Shown here: positions 26,667 through 35,546 of the stretch, piece after piece | Layout of the letters: each line of letters opens with the position of its first letter | Numbering within the stretch: position 1 is the first letter of the stretch | Source: a virus | Taxonomy: Duplodnaviria; Caudoviricetes | Strand: one strand, 5' to 3' | Virus record (IMG/VR): IMGVR_UViG_3300043652_000015 | Coordinates: 1 to 57,431 of that record | DNA: 57,431 nucleotides | The notes under the pieces: generated by a model | Databases searched by the model: none | Seen by the model: the letters and a program-made list of their open reading frames with translations, nothing else | Told to the model about the DNA's origin: nothing | Program-made: the position numbers and the translations under genes

Positions 26667-27503
26667 GTGAAGACGATCTGCACGATGCCGCCCGAGGGCT
26701 GGGTGCCCATCTCGAACGCCACCGCCCGTAGCCGGAAGCTCAGTTGGCGCGCCAAGGGCCTGCTGCTGGACTTCCTCAGCCACAAGGACGGCTACGTCAT
26801 CACCTTCGACAGGCTGATGGCCATGGCCAAGGCAGAAGGCGACCCGGACGTCGAAGGCCCGCACGCCATGCGCCGCGCCCTGCAGGAGTTGGAGCGCAAG
26901 GGCTACATCGTCCGCCTCCGCCACAACTACCTCGACGAGGAGACCGGGCGGGCCCGGTGGCGAACGGAGACGCTCGCGAGCGACGACCCGACAGCCCCCG
27001 CGCTCCGAGATGCGGAAATTCCGACCCCCGGTGGTTCCGTCCTTCGGACCGTCCGGGACTCGGAGGATCCGCATGTCATTAAGAACACGGGTTTCCATAA
27101 GACTGGCGAAGAAGACGGGCTGGCTAAACATGACGCGACATTCGCTGCCGCTCATGTCGGCCAGCAAGCCAGCCGCGATTTGCCCAACCGAGTCGGCGCG
27201 CTCTACGAGCAGGCCAACGAGCTCGACGACGACCAGGTCCGGCGTCATCTGCTGGCGTTCGAGAAGAAGCGCAAGCGGATCTACCGGGACTGCCGGAACA
27301 AGGCCATCGACCAGCTCGGCCGCGAGGACCCGGACACGCTGGAGGCTCCCGATGGCCATCGGTACGTGGACCTGTTGAGCTTCAAGTACGCCCTGCAGCA
27401 CTACGGCCGGGATCCTGAGGTGCAGTTGCCGATGTGGTTGACGACGTTCCCGAGGACGAGGGCTCAGCGAAGTTCCGTAGGTTCCGTCCGGTCAGCGTCT
27501 TGA
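26667..27503 (+). CDS. Winged-HTH protein resembling replication-initiator N-termini
   Basis: GTG after GGAGG; VPISNATARSRKLSWRAKGLL..LSHKDG..RRALQELERKGYI. Confidence 0.65.
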   Translation: MKTICTMPPEGWVPISNATARSRKLSWRAKGLLLDFLSHKDGYVITFDRLMAMAKAEGDPDVEGPHAMRRALQELERKGYIVRLRHNYLDEETGRARWRTETLASDDPTAPALRDAEIPTPGGSVLRTVRDSEDPHVIKNTGFHKTGEEDGLAKHDATFAAAHVGQQASRDLPNRVGALYEQANELDDDQVRRHLLAFEKKRKRIYRDCRNKAIDQLGREDPDTLEAPDGHRYVDLLSFKYALQHYGRDPEVQLPMWLTTFPRTRAQRSSVGSVRSAS

Positions 27504-27513
27504 AGGAGATCCC

Positions 27514-27786
27514 ATGTCCGTGATCCGCCACGCCCTGATGCCCGTCTTCGCAGTCGGGCGCGCCATCGTCCTCAACGGGGAGATCAGCACCACGGCTCGG
27601 CTGCTCTACGTCCTGATGCTGGCGACCGTGGATCTGGACGATGCTCCCGACGTGGCCGCGCTCCTCGGCCTTGAGGAGTCGGCTCTCGCGCCGTTCCTGG
27701 ATGAGTTGGTCCGTGCGGGCGTCGTCGAATTCCAGAGCGTCGGCACGGACATCGTCGCGTCGGTTCAGGAGCTGGCTCGCGGCTGA
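27514..27786 (+). CDS. Small winged-HTH-like protein
   Basis: ATG after AAGGAG; ISTTARLLYVLM..VAALLGL..LDELVRAGVV. Confidence 0.55.
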   Translation: MSVIRHALMPVFAVGRAIVLNGEISTTARLLYVLMLATVDLDDAPDVAALLGLEESALAPFLDELVRAGVVEFQSVGTDIVASVQELARG

Positions 27787-27797
27787 CCCGGATGCCC

Positions 27798-28025
27798 TCA
27801 CGCAGCCGTCAGCACGGGCGCGGGGTCGTCCTCAGCCTCACGCCCACGGGCAGCATCCCGGGCGGCCACAGCCCCCATGTACCGGTCGACGAGCAGGTTG
27901 TACGCCGCACGGTCCACCACGCTCAGACGGCCGCCCGGAACCCCGGCCAGGAACCCGCGTATCGCCGTGTTCGCCCGGTCCACGGCACGCTGAAGGTCCG
28001 GGCGGGAAGGCGGGGCAGACGGCAT
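27798..28025 (-). CDS. Hypothetical protein (75 aa)
   Basis: ORF downstream of the flavoprotein, convergent with 27786. Confidence 0.55.
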   Translation of the reverse strand: MPSAPPSRPDLQRAVDRANTAIRGFLAGVPGGRLSVVDRAAYNLLVDRYMGAVAARDAARGREAEDDPAPVLTAA

Positions 28026-28058
28026 AGCAACATCATCCCAGCAGCACAGGCGCCGCCG

Positions 28059-28610
28059 TCACCCGGCAGCCCCGCCTGCCGCCCGCAGCACCGCAGCCAG
28101 GGCCAGCGACCACGGGTATGCCTTCGGATCACCCTGCCCCGGCAGGTTCGGCACGAAGCCGCCCTCGCCGAGCAGCACCTCCACCCCGGCGCCGCGCAGG
28201 CCCGTGACACTGCGGTCGAACTGCGGGTGGGCAAGGAACGCCGCGTTGACGCACGGCATCGTCACCAGCGGAATGCCCTTGCCGATCGCCTCCGCCGCAA
28301 AGCCCACCGTGAAACATGTGGTCAACCCGAGCGCCCACGAGTTGATCGTGTTGAACGTCGCCGGGGCCACCAGCACCGCCGACGCCACCGGCCACACATC
28401 CGGCCGCCCGGGAAGCTTGTACTCGCTGCGGACCGGATGCCCCGTCAGCGCCTCCAAGGCCGGAAGGTCGCCGGCGAGCCAGCGGGCGGCGGTCGGCGTC
28501 AACCCGAGGCACACATCCCACCCGTCCGCCCGGGCCCGCTCCACGACGGCGGCAATGTCGAAGACCGGCGGGGCGGCGGAACCGAACAGGTACAGCACAC
28601 GATCAGGCAT
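28059..28610 (-). CDS. Flavoprotein (HFCD / CoaBC-EpiD-like family)
   Basis: VLYLFGSAAP, TPTAARW, VLVAPATFNTINSWALG, PCVN..HP. Confidence 0.85.
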   Translation of the reverse strand: MPDRVLYLFGSAAPPVFDIAAVVERARADGWDVCLGLTPTAARWLAGDLPALEALTGHPVRSEYKLPGRPDVWPVASAVLVAPATFNTINSWALGLTTCFTVGFAAEAIGKGIPLVTMPCVNAAFLAHPQFDRSVTGLRGAGVEVLLGEGGFVPNLPGQGDPKAYPWSLALAAVLRAAGGAAG

Positions 28611-28741
28611 GCCGACCACCCAACCCCACGTGCTGCGGGCATGCAACCGCCCCCGCCGCCGGAGCCGTGGGGGCGAATGCAGTTCCCTGACCATGCAGGC
28701 CGGGTACCGTTCCAGATGACTAGTCAGGAACGGGGTCAATT

Positions 28742-29926
28742 ATGCCCAATGCAGACGATGAACACACCGGGCAGCGCGTAGCCCGCATCCGGAAACTCCG
28801 CCACTTCACCCAGCAGGGACTGGCCGCCGCCGCGAGCGTGTCCGCGAGCATGGTCACCCAGGTCGAGCGCGGCAAGAAGCAGCCCAGCCCGGCGCTCCTC
28901 GCAGCCCTCGCGCGCGCCCTGTCCGTCCCCGTCACCGAGCTCGCCGGGCAACCGTTCCTCGCCGAGCTCCAGCAGGACCAGCTCGACGGGCTGATCAACC
29001 CGATCCGGGAATCCCTCGACGTGTACGACCTCGGCCCGGACCCCGACATCCAGCCCCGCACCCTCGACGAGCTCGTCGACGCCGCCGACCGCATGTGCGC
29101 CCTCGTGCGCGCCACCGACCTGCGGACCGCCGCCGCTGAACTCCCCGGGCTGATCCAGGAGATGACGACCAGCGCCCACCTGAAGCCCACCGACCGCTCC
29201 TGGTCCGCCCTGGCGTCCGCGTACCGGTCGGCCTACGACGTTTCCACGAAGCTCGGGTTCCACGACCTTGCCTCGATCGCCCTGGACCGCATGGCCTGGG
29301 CCGCAGAACGCGCCTCCGACCCCGCGATGGCCGGGGTACGGCAGTACCTGCGCGCCCTGGGCTACCTGCGGGCCGGGCAGTACCGCACCGGTCGCAGGCT
29401 CGCCGAGATCGGCCAGCAGACCGCGGCCCTCGCCGACCCCGGCCGCTCCCGCGACGCCGTCACCGGGCAGCTGCACTTGGGCGCGGCGGTCCTGGCCGCC
29501 CGGGACAAGGACGGCGACACCGCCCTGGGTCACATCGACGCCGCCGCGCGCATCGCCGACATCACCGGGGAAGCCACCAGGATCCACTGGCTGACATTCG
29601 GGCCCACCAACGTTGCCGTCCACCACGCGAGCATCCTCGTCGACCAGGACCTCTACGCGCAGGCCCTGACCGTCGCCAGGACCATTCGGGTGCCGGAGGA
29701 CTGGCCGGCGTCGCGGGCTTCGCACCACCGGGCTGAGATCGCCCGGGCGCAGCTGTGGACGGGGCGCACGGATGCGGCGTTCCGGAACCTGCTGGAGGCG
29801 CGGCGTCTGGCACCGCAGCAGACCCGGTACAGCCCGACGGTGCGGGACACGGTGACGGGGCTGTTGTCGGCGAAGCGTGCGGCGCCTGACACGTTGGCGA
29901 ACTTCGCGGCCTGGGTCGGCATGTGA
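28742..29926 (+). CDS. XRE-family HTH regulator with long helical-repeat (TPR-like) C-terminus
   Basis: RKLRHFTQQGLAAAASVSASMVTQVERG; FGPTNVAVH; L..ARRLAPQQTRY. Confidence 0.85.
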   Translation: MPNADDEHTGQRVARIRKLRHFTQQGLAAAASVSASMVTQVERGKKQPSPALLAALARALSVPVTELAGQPFLAELQQDQLDGLINPIRESLDVYDLGPDPDIQPRTLDELVDAADRMCALVRATDLRTAAAELPGLIQEMTTSAHLKPTDRSWSALASAYRSAYDVSTKLGFHDLASIALDRMAWAAERASDPAMAGVRQYLRALGYLRAGQYRTGRRLAEIGQQTAALADPGRSRDAVTGQLHLGAAVLAARDKDGDTALGHIDAAARIADITGEATRIHWLTFGPTNVAVHHASILVDQDLYAQALTVARTIRVPEDWPASRASHHRAEIARAQLWTGRTDAAFRNLLEARRLAPQQTRYSPTVRDTVTGLLSAKRAAPDTLANFAAWVGM

Positions 29927-29946
29927 GCTGGTGGCGGGCTGTCAAG

Positions 29947-29970
29947 AACTAACACCGGACAGTGTTAGTT
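29947..29970. promoter_or_regulatory. Perfect inverted repeat, putative operator
   Basis: AACTAACAC-N6-GTGTTAGTT, AT-rich, between the XRE gene and the next operon. Confidence 0.65.
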
Positions 29971-30028
29971 ACGGCCCTTGGACGCGATCACTCTGTGACT
30001 GTGGGCAACAGTCAAAGAGGAGAGCGCC

Positions 30029-30442
30029 ATGAAGACGGAGCCGCGCTACTGGCCGGTGTGGATGCCACCGGCGCAGACGATCAGCGCTGTGCCTGCCGGG
30101 CGCTGGTGGGATGCGGTCGTCGTGCCGCAGACGTTGGGCCTTGACGTTCTCCAGTTCCTCGACGAGGTGTCCGGGCATTGCCCGGGGCCGGTGATCTGGG
30201 AGCCGCACTCGCAGCGCCCGCGCCTGTACTTCCTCGTCGCTGCGGGGACGGCTGCTGGCTGGGATGTTCCGGGGGTCGTCGCGCTCGGCGTGACGGCATA
30301 CGTGGGTGTCCCGGGGGCGACGACGCTGGAGCCTCCCGGGCCGCATTGGCTGTGCCCGCCGGACCCTGACGACCCTGAGGGTCTGGTCGATGCTGTTGCG
30401 CTGCGTGAGGCCCTGCTGAGGGCTGTCGGGGCAGCATCATGA
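30029..30442 (+). CDS. Hypothetical protein (degenerate prim-pol-like actinomycete family)
   Basis: AGRWWDAVVVP..GPVI..LYFLV..W..VPG..HWL. Confidence 0.6.
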   Translation: MKTEPRYWPVWMPPAQTISAVPAGRWWDAVVVPQTLGLDVLQFLDEVSGHCPGPVIWEPHSQRPRLYFLVAAGTAAGWDVPGVVALGVTAYVGVPGATTLEPPGPHWLCPPDPDDPEGLVDAVALREALLRAVGAAS

Positions 30443-30804
30443 CGGCGCTGCTGGATTCCGCCACCGTCGAGGCCGGGCATGCCTGGGACGCCCTGCGGAT
30501 ACCCGAACCCTGGGGCGGGACCCTGTACGACGTCCTGGCCGCCCACGAGGGTGACCGGGTCCGGCTCGGCGGGGTGATCCTGTCGACCCGCTCCGGCTGC
30601 ACGTACTGGCTCATCCCGACCGGCAGCGCCCCGGAGCAGTGGCCCGACGGGTGCCGGCTCCTCACACGCGGCAGCTGGGTCACGCTGCCCGCAAGGGGCA
30701 TCAACCGGGCCTCCGCCCACTGGCTCCACCACCCCCACCCCCAGCAGCTCACCGGCGCCGTGTGGCTTGCCGCGGCACTCGACACCACCCGGAGAGCAGC
30801 ATGA
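30439..30804 (+). CDS. Hypothetical protein, paralog of 30029-30442
   Basis: AGHAWDALRIP..GGVI..YWLIP..W..LPA..HWL; ATGA overlap. Confidence 0.6.
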   Translation: MTALLDSATVEAGHAWDALRIPEPWGGTLYDVLAAHEGDRVRLGGVILSTRSGCTYWLIPTGSAPEQWPDGCRLLTRGSWVTLPARGINRASAHWLHHPHPQQLTGAVWLAAALDTTRRAA

Positions 30805-31229
30805 GTACCGCCGTGCAGGGCAGGGCGTGCGACTACTGCCCCGAGACGACCACGGGGCCGCTGCGGGGTGAGCGCGGCGGGAAACGCGCCGCACAGGACC
30901 ACCCCCGGTGCTACGACCGGCTTCTCGCCGACCTTGCTGCCGCTGAGACCGCCATGCGTACTGCCCGCGTCGAAGCCCGCGTCAAAGCGCTGCGCACCGG
31001 GGTACTCCACCTCGACGACCAGACCCTGATAGACGCCCAGGCCTGGACCCCGCCCGGGGCGTGCGACGAATGCCACGACACCGCACCCACCGTGCTCCTC
31101 GGCAACACCACCCGGTGGTGCCGGGCCTGCGTCGGCGTGTACCTCACCCTCACCCGCGCCCAAGCCGAAGACCACGGCAGAGGGCGCCCCCACACACCTG
31201 CACTGCCCGGGAGCCACCATGACCACTGA
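30801..31229 (+). CDS. Cys-rich hypothetical protein
   Basis: ATGA overlap; CDYC, HPRC, CDEC, CRAC. Confidence 0.55.
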   Translation: MSTAVQGRACDYCPETTTGPLRGERGGKRAAQDHPRCYDRLLADLAAAETAMRTARVEARVKALRTGVLHLDDQTLIDAQAWTPPGACDECHDTAPTVLLGNTTRWCRACVGVYLTLTRAQAEDHGRGRPHTPALPGSHHDH

Positions 31230-31404
31230 GCAGACCGCCCCCGGCCACTGCCGCCACTGCGGGCGTTACGGGCAGGCGCAGCACGTCGTCGTCGAAAACC
31301 CCGGGGCATCCGGCGCCGGCGCGACCGTCGTGCAGTGCCCGCAACCGTGCCGTCGGCCCACGTTGCGGCGTCGGGCGTCGGAGCCGCGGACGTATCCGGC
31401 GTGA
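31219..31404 (+). CDS. Small CxxC protein
   Basis: ATG after GGGAG; CRHC..CPQPC. Confidence 0.45.
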   Translation: MTTEQTAPGHCRHCGRYGQAQHVVVENPGASGAGATVVQCPQPCRRPTLRRRASEPRTYPA

Positions 31405-31540
31405 CCACCGGTCAACCCGGGGCGGTACACGGTTACGGAATCCGCAGGTCAGTGCGAGGCGGGGGGCGTGCGGTGGTCAGGCCCACGCCGGTTGAATGCA
31501 CCACGCAACGGTTCACTGGGAGTGAACTACCGGTAGCGAT

Positions 31541-31837
31541 TCATGGCGGATCGGCGGGCGATTCGCCACCGCCGTCGATACCCTCGTCGCTGTGAGACCG
31601 ATCGTCAGCAAGCAGCCAGGCCACGGGCACCCCGAGGGCGTCGGCGACGTCCAAGAGGGTGTCGAGAGTGATGCCGACCTGGCCACTCTCCATCTCGATG
31701 ACGGTGCGCCTGTCCACCCCGTACCACTCGCCGAGGCGCTGCTGGGAGAGGTTGCGGCGTAGGCGGAGACTCCGAATCCGCTCTGCGACCTGCCTCCGGC
31801 GCTCGATCGTCTCCGGGCGAGTGGATCTATATGGCAC
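31541..31837 (-). CDS. XRE-family HTH protein
   Basis: RIRSLRLRRNLSQQRLGEWYGVDRRTVIEMESG..LDTLLDVADALGVP. Confidence 0.85.
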   Translation of the reverse strand: MPYRSTRPETIERRRQVAERIRSLRLRRNLSQQRLGEWYGVDRRTVIEMESGQVGITLDTLLDVADALGVPVAWLLADDRSHSDEGIDGGGESPADPP

Positions 31838-32077
31838 CCCTGCAACGCTGATGGGATCATGATCGGATGTCTGTACGTCTAGCCTCACATTTTTGGATCA
31901 TGGGAACCTTGAGGTCAGAGCCGCACACTCATAAGGTCGCATGCATGTTCGATTTACCGGTCAGCTGACCACCACCCAGACCGGCCGCGTCACCTCGCTC
32001 CCCAGTGCCCGGGATGCCCGACGCACACGGCACTCGCCGCGATACACCCCCTGTACCGTCCCGACCGGAGCACCGCC

Positions 32078-32374
32078 TTGAACGACAACCACCCGCCGGA
32101 AACCGGTCGCGAACTAGGCCCGCTCAGCGAGGGCCAGGAAATGCGCCTGAGGATCGCCGCCCGGAACCTCCAAGAGTTCCAACAGAGCAATCTCGGCACG
32201 GCCGCACCAGCCGTTGCCGTACAGACCGCCCAACGGCTCGCCGCTACAGTCAGTGACCTCATGTCCCTGGTCCATGACCTCACGCAGAGGCTCGGCCGCG
32301 AGGAGACCGCGCAGCCGACAGAAGCGCCGGCCCGCGATTCAGCGCGAGGACGCTCGCGGACCCAGCATGACTAG
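32078..32374 (+). CDS. Hypothetical protein
   Basis: TTG after GGAG; convergent with the integrase. Confidence 0.45.
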   Translation: MNDNHPPETGRELGPLSEGQEMRLRIAARNLQEFQQSNLGTAAPAVAVQTAQRLAATVSDLMSLVHDLTQRLGREETAQPTEAPARDSARGRSRTQHD

Positions 32375-32449
32375 CTGCGATTCTTCCGAGCCATTGGGAC
32401 CGCTGTTACCTGATAGCGGCTCTAAAAAGTATCGCCGATCTTGCTGGGT

Positions 32450-32483
32450 TGCTCAGAGACCGTTCCCCCGTGGCCTCTGAGCA
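32450..32483. terminator. Hairpin at integrase 3' end (possible bidirectional terminator)
   Basis: TGCTCAGAG...CTCTGAGCA inverted repeat between convergent genes. Confidence 0.5.
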
Positions 32484-32485
32484 GC

Positions 32486-34048
32486 TCAGCTGGGTCGGCG
32501 ATTTTGCGTTTCCCATGCCGGAGTCACCGTCAGATTGCCGTCCGCGTCGACGACCGCACGGTCGATGACCTGCCGCAACAGCGCGTTCTTCTCGGCGGGC
32601 TCCAGCGTGGGCCACTCCGCCACCAGGCCTATGGCCACGCGCACGGCCGCTGCCCGTTCGGCCTCCTCGGCATGCGAGTCCCGTTCAACGGCCAGCAGCT
32701 TCGCCGCCGCCTCCTTCTCGCGACGGAGATCACTGAGAGTGATCCGGAACTCCTCTTCGAGGCTGCCCTCGGGGTCGTCGTCGGCCGCAAGGGCGTAGGC
32801 CCGCAGGTGCCGCTTGATGGCCCGCTCCAGGCGCTGAACGTCCCGCTCCGCGTTCTCCCGGGCCCGGTCCGCATCAACCCTCTGCGCAGGGACGACATCC
32901 GCGACCGGCGCGTGGTCGATCTCAGCGGCAAGCCGCATCACCCAGTCGAGCACCTTCTGCTCCATGTCGACGCGCCTATGCTTCGGCGCGTCGCATACGG
33001 CGGGCCCCCGGTCCCGACTGATGGAGCAGGCCATCCAGTGGCGCCCCATCTCCCCGCCCACGTAGGCGTATGAGCCCCGGCACGGGCACTTCAGGAGCCC
33101 GCTGAGCGGGTACGCGGCCTTCCGCGCCCGCGGCGGTGCCGCCCGGATGAAACTGCGGCGCCGCAGGTACTGCAGCCAGAGGCTCCCGGCGATGATCGGC
33201 GGGTGCCCGTACTTCGGGTCGGACGGGCGCAGGTAGATGTGCTCGGGGCAGTCGCTGTTGTACGGGGCAACGGTGCAGAGCGGGTTGTGGACTCGCAGGT
33301 AGCCGGCGGCGAAGCCGGAGTCGAGGAACCGGCGGACGCTCGTGTTGCCCCATGGGCGCCCCTGGGCATTGGGGATCCGGGCCCCGTTGAGCCAGTGGGC
33401 CAGCACGGAGAACCCGGCCCCGGCGACGTAGCGCTGGTACAGGCTGATGACGACGTCTTCCAACTCCGGGACGGGGACGTACTTCTCGTCCTGGACGCGG
33501 AAGCCGCCGTCAGGCAGGGGGATGACGCGCGGGTGCCAGGTGTACCCGAAACGCTTGCCGCCTTGGGCTGGGAGGCCGTGCTGGCGGCGCCACTCGTGGG
33601 TTTCTTTCCACTGCTCGCCCGCGCGGTCGGACTCGAAGGCACCGAACTCCATGAGCATGCCGCGCTGGAAGCGGCCCATCGCGGTGCGGGCGTCGACTTG
33701 TTCGGTGGCGGACTGGAGTTGGCCGCCTGCGATCTCGACGCGTTGGATGTTGACGGCGTTGCCGTAGCGGTCGCGGCCGAAGCGGGAGTATTTCCAGACG
33801 CCGATCTCGCGGGCGACACCGGACTCGACCATCGCGATGGCCTTCATGATCTTGCGTTTGAAGTTCCGGCCGGTGGCGTCGAGGTCTTCGACCCAGTCGA
33901 TGATGCGGCGGTCGTTGCGCTTGGCCCAGTCCTCGATGGACTTGCGCTGCAGCTCCGGGGAGATCATCTCCTCGCGGGCCATGCTGACGCGGATGTAGCC
34001 GATCGCGGCTATGGGCGCCTGGTCGGTTGGGGTGCTCACGTCTGCCAC
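32486..34048 (-). CDS. int: Large serine recombinase (integrase)
   Basis: GYIRVS catalytic Ser, SPELQR, WKYSRFGR, recombinase domain, Zn ribbon YPLSGLLKCPC..C, coiled coil. Confidence 0.95.
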   Translation of the reverse strand: MADVSTPTDQAPIAAIGYIRVSMAREEMISPELQRKSIEDWAKRNDRRIIDWVEDLDATGRNFKRKIMKAIAMVESGVAREIGVWKYSRFGRDRYGNAVNIQRVEIAGGQLQSATEQVDARTAMGRFQRGMLMEFGAFESDRAGEQWKETHEWRRQHGLPAQGGKRFGYTWHPRVIPLPDGGFRVQDEKYVPVPELEDVVISLYQRYVAGAGFSVLAHWLNGARIPNAQGRPWGNTSVRRFLDSGFAAGYLRVHNPLCTVAPYNSDCPEHIYLRPSDPKYGHPPIIAGSLWLQYLRRRSFIRAAPPRARKAAYPLSGLLKCPCRGSYAYVGGEMGRHWMACSISRDRGPAVCDAPKHRRVDMEQKVLDWVMRLAAEIDHAPVADVVPAQRVDADRARENAERDVQRLERAIKRHLRAYALAADDDPEGSLEEEFRITLSDLRREKEAAAKLLAVERDSHAEEAERAAAVRVAIGLVAEWPTLEPAEKNALLRQVIDRAVVDADGNLTVTPAWETQNRRPS

Positions 34049-34065
34049 CGCATCCCTTGGGCTGG

Positions 34066-34659
34066 TCAGTGCTCGTTGGCGCGGGGGGCCGGGTCGTCCT
34101 TGCCATGTGCGCGCGCAAATGGCAGGTGAATGACGACCGCATCACCGGGGGCGTCGTCGATAAATCCACGCTGGGCGTGGGCGAGGCCCTTCGCGTAGGC
34201 GTTGGCCTCGATCTCGGCCCTGGCGTTTTCGAACTCCAGCTGCATCACGTCACGCTCGAACTGAAGCTCCTTCTGATCGCTCTCACGTTCGAGTTGCGCT
34301 TTTTCGTCTCTTTTCCGATCGTTCACATCGCTCTCACGACACAGACGCTCAGATTCCTGATCGAGCGCCGCGCGGGCCGCGTACAACTGCCCACGCTCCC
34401 GGTCCAGTTCCTCGTGCTCCCCCTGGAGGCTCCGCTGCTTGACCATAGAGCGGCAGAGCAGCAGGATCACCCCGGCCAGCAGGGAGCCGATGAAGACCGT
34501 CGTGCCCTGGTCGGAGACGTTGGTCTCCCCGTGCGCGAGGCCGAATCCGGTCATCGCGCCACCCGTGACGACCCCGGTGATCGCCATGATTCCGATGATG
34601 CCCCCGAAGAATCTGCGCACGCGCGTCCCCGTTCTATCTCTCAGCTGCCGCACCCCCAT
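34066..34659 (-). CDS. Membrane protein (2 TM + coiled coil)
   Basis: FFGGIIGIMAITGVV and VFIGSLLAGVILLLC hydrophobic segments, then a charged coil. Confidence 0.65.
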   Translation of the reverse strand: MGVRQLRDRTGTRVRRFFGGIIGIMAITGVVTGGAMTGFGLAHGETNVSDQGTTVFIGSLLAGVILLLCRSMVKQRSLQGEHEELDRERGQLYAARAALDQESERLCRESDVNDRKRDEKAQLERESDQKELQFERDVMQLEFENARAEIEANAYAKGLAHAQRGFIDDAPGDAVVIHLPFARAHGKDDPAPRANEH

Positions 34660-35089
34660 CGAGCTCACCCTGGCCGTCCTCAAGCTTGCGTGCAGCAGCG
34701 ATCGCAGCAGCGATGACGGCCCGATTTCCTGGATTGCGGATTGCCAGATCATCAAGGGCCTGGGTGGGAGTGATGGGACGCGATCGTACCTTCGGGTCGT
34801 TGATCTCCGTCAGAGATTCGGCAGAAATGATTCCGGAATCGACAAGAAACTCTCTGAGGCGAACACCGATGAGGTCTGCGAGAGGCTCGAAGAACTCGGG
34901 GCTCGGCATGGCGTCACCGTCGATCCACCGGCTGACGGTGCTCTTGGATACGCCCACGCGTTTAGCGACCGCGACTCTGGCGCCCCCTCGGAGCGAGTCG
35001 ATGTCGTAGCCGGCGCCTCGGAGGGAGTCGGAGAAGTATGCACCGAACCGTTGGACCCTTGTTGTCATGTCTGCGCCTTCGCTGGCCAT
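34634..35089 (-). CDS. Immunity repressor (XRE HTH)
   Basis: VAKRVGVSKSTVSRWIDGDAMP..LADLIGV; divergent from the Cro-like gene; start 35089 (possibly leaderless) or 35068. Confidence 0.8.
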   Translation of the reverse strand: MASEGADMTTRVQRFGAYFSDSLRGAGYDIDSLRGGARVAVAKRVGVSKSTVSRWIDGDAMPSPEFFEPLADLIGVRLREFLVDSGIISAESLTEINDPKVRSRPITPTQALDDLAIRNPGNRAVIAAAIAAARKLEDGQGELDGGAAAER

Positions 35090-35130
35090 GTTTTTCACGT
35101 TAGCGGTTCGAGTCCCGCTCGTGACTATGG

Positions 35131-35320
35131 TTCCACGCGCGGAACCTAGCGACCAGTCCACCACAGTGACCCCAGTCCTGCGAGTGATTCATGTGACGAT
35201 TCGCCACCCTCCTGGCCAGCCTGCGGAACGAATCTAAGTAGCAACCTCGGAACTTGTTGCAAGTGCGGAACCAGTGCGCTACGTTGGTTCCAGAGGCGGA
35301 ACTTAGCCCGCCTCTGGAAC
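35131..35320. promoter_or_regulatory. Genetic switch: repeated 16-bp operators (GTTCC-N6-GGAAC-like) and rightward promoter
   Basis: Sites at 35131, 35238, 35256, 35287 and a partial one at 35305; TTGCAA-N17-TACGTT at 35257-35285. Confidence 0.7.
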
Positions 35321-35333
35321 CAGGAGGTGATCC

Positions 35334-35546
35334 ATGGAACCCCTGATCAACGCAGACAAGCTCCGCGCCGCCGCCGCCCTCATCGGCGACAAGACGGACT
35401 ACAGCATCCACAAGCGCACCGGGCTCTCGAAGAGCACCATCTCGCGCATCCTCAACGGCAAGGTCGAACCCAAGGTCTCCACCGTCGACATGCTCGGCCA
35501 GCCCTACGGACTCAAGTTCGACGACCTTCGAGCCACCGCCGCATGA
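35334..35546 (+). CDS. Cro-like HTH protein
   Basis: ATG after AGGAGG; IHKRTGLSKSTISRILNGKVEP. Confidence 0.8.
   Translation: MEPLINADKLRAAAALIGDKTDYSIHKRTGLSKSTISRILNGKVEPKVSTVDMLGQPYGLKFDDLRATAA

Noticed and set aside
35102-35119. tRNA T-loop-like GGTTCGAGTCCC
   Set aside because: No acceptor stem, D arm or anticodon arm around it; it lies in the repressor promoter region.
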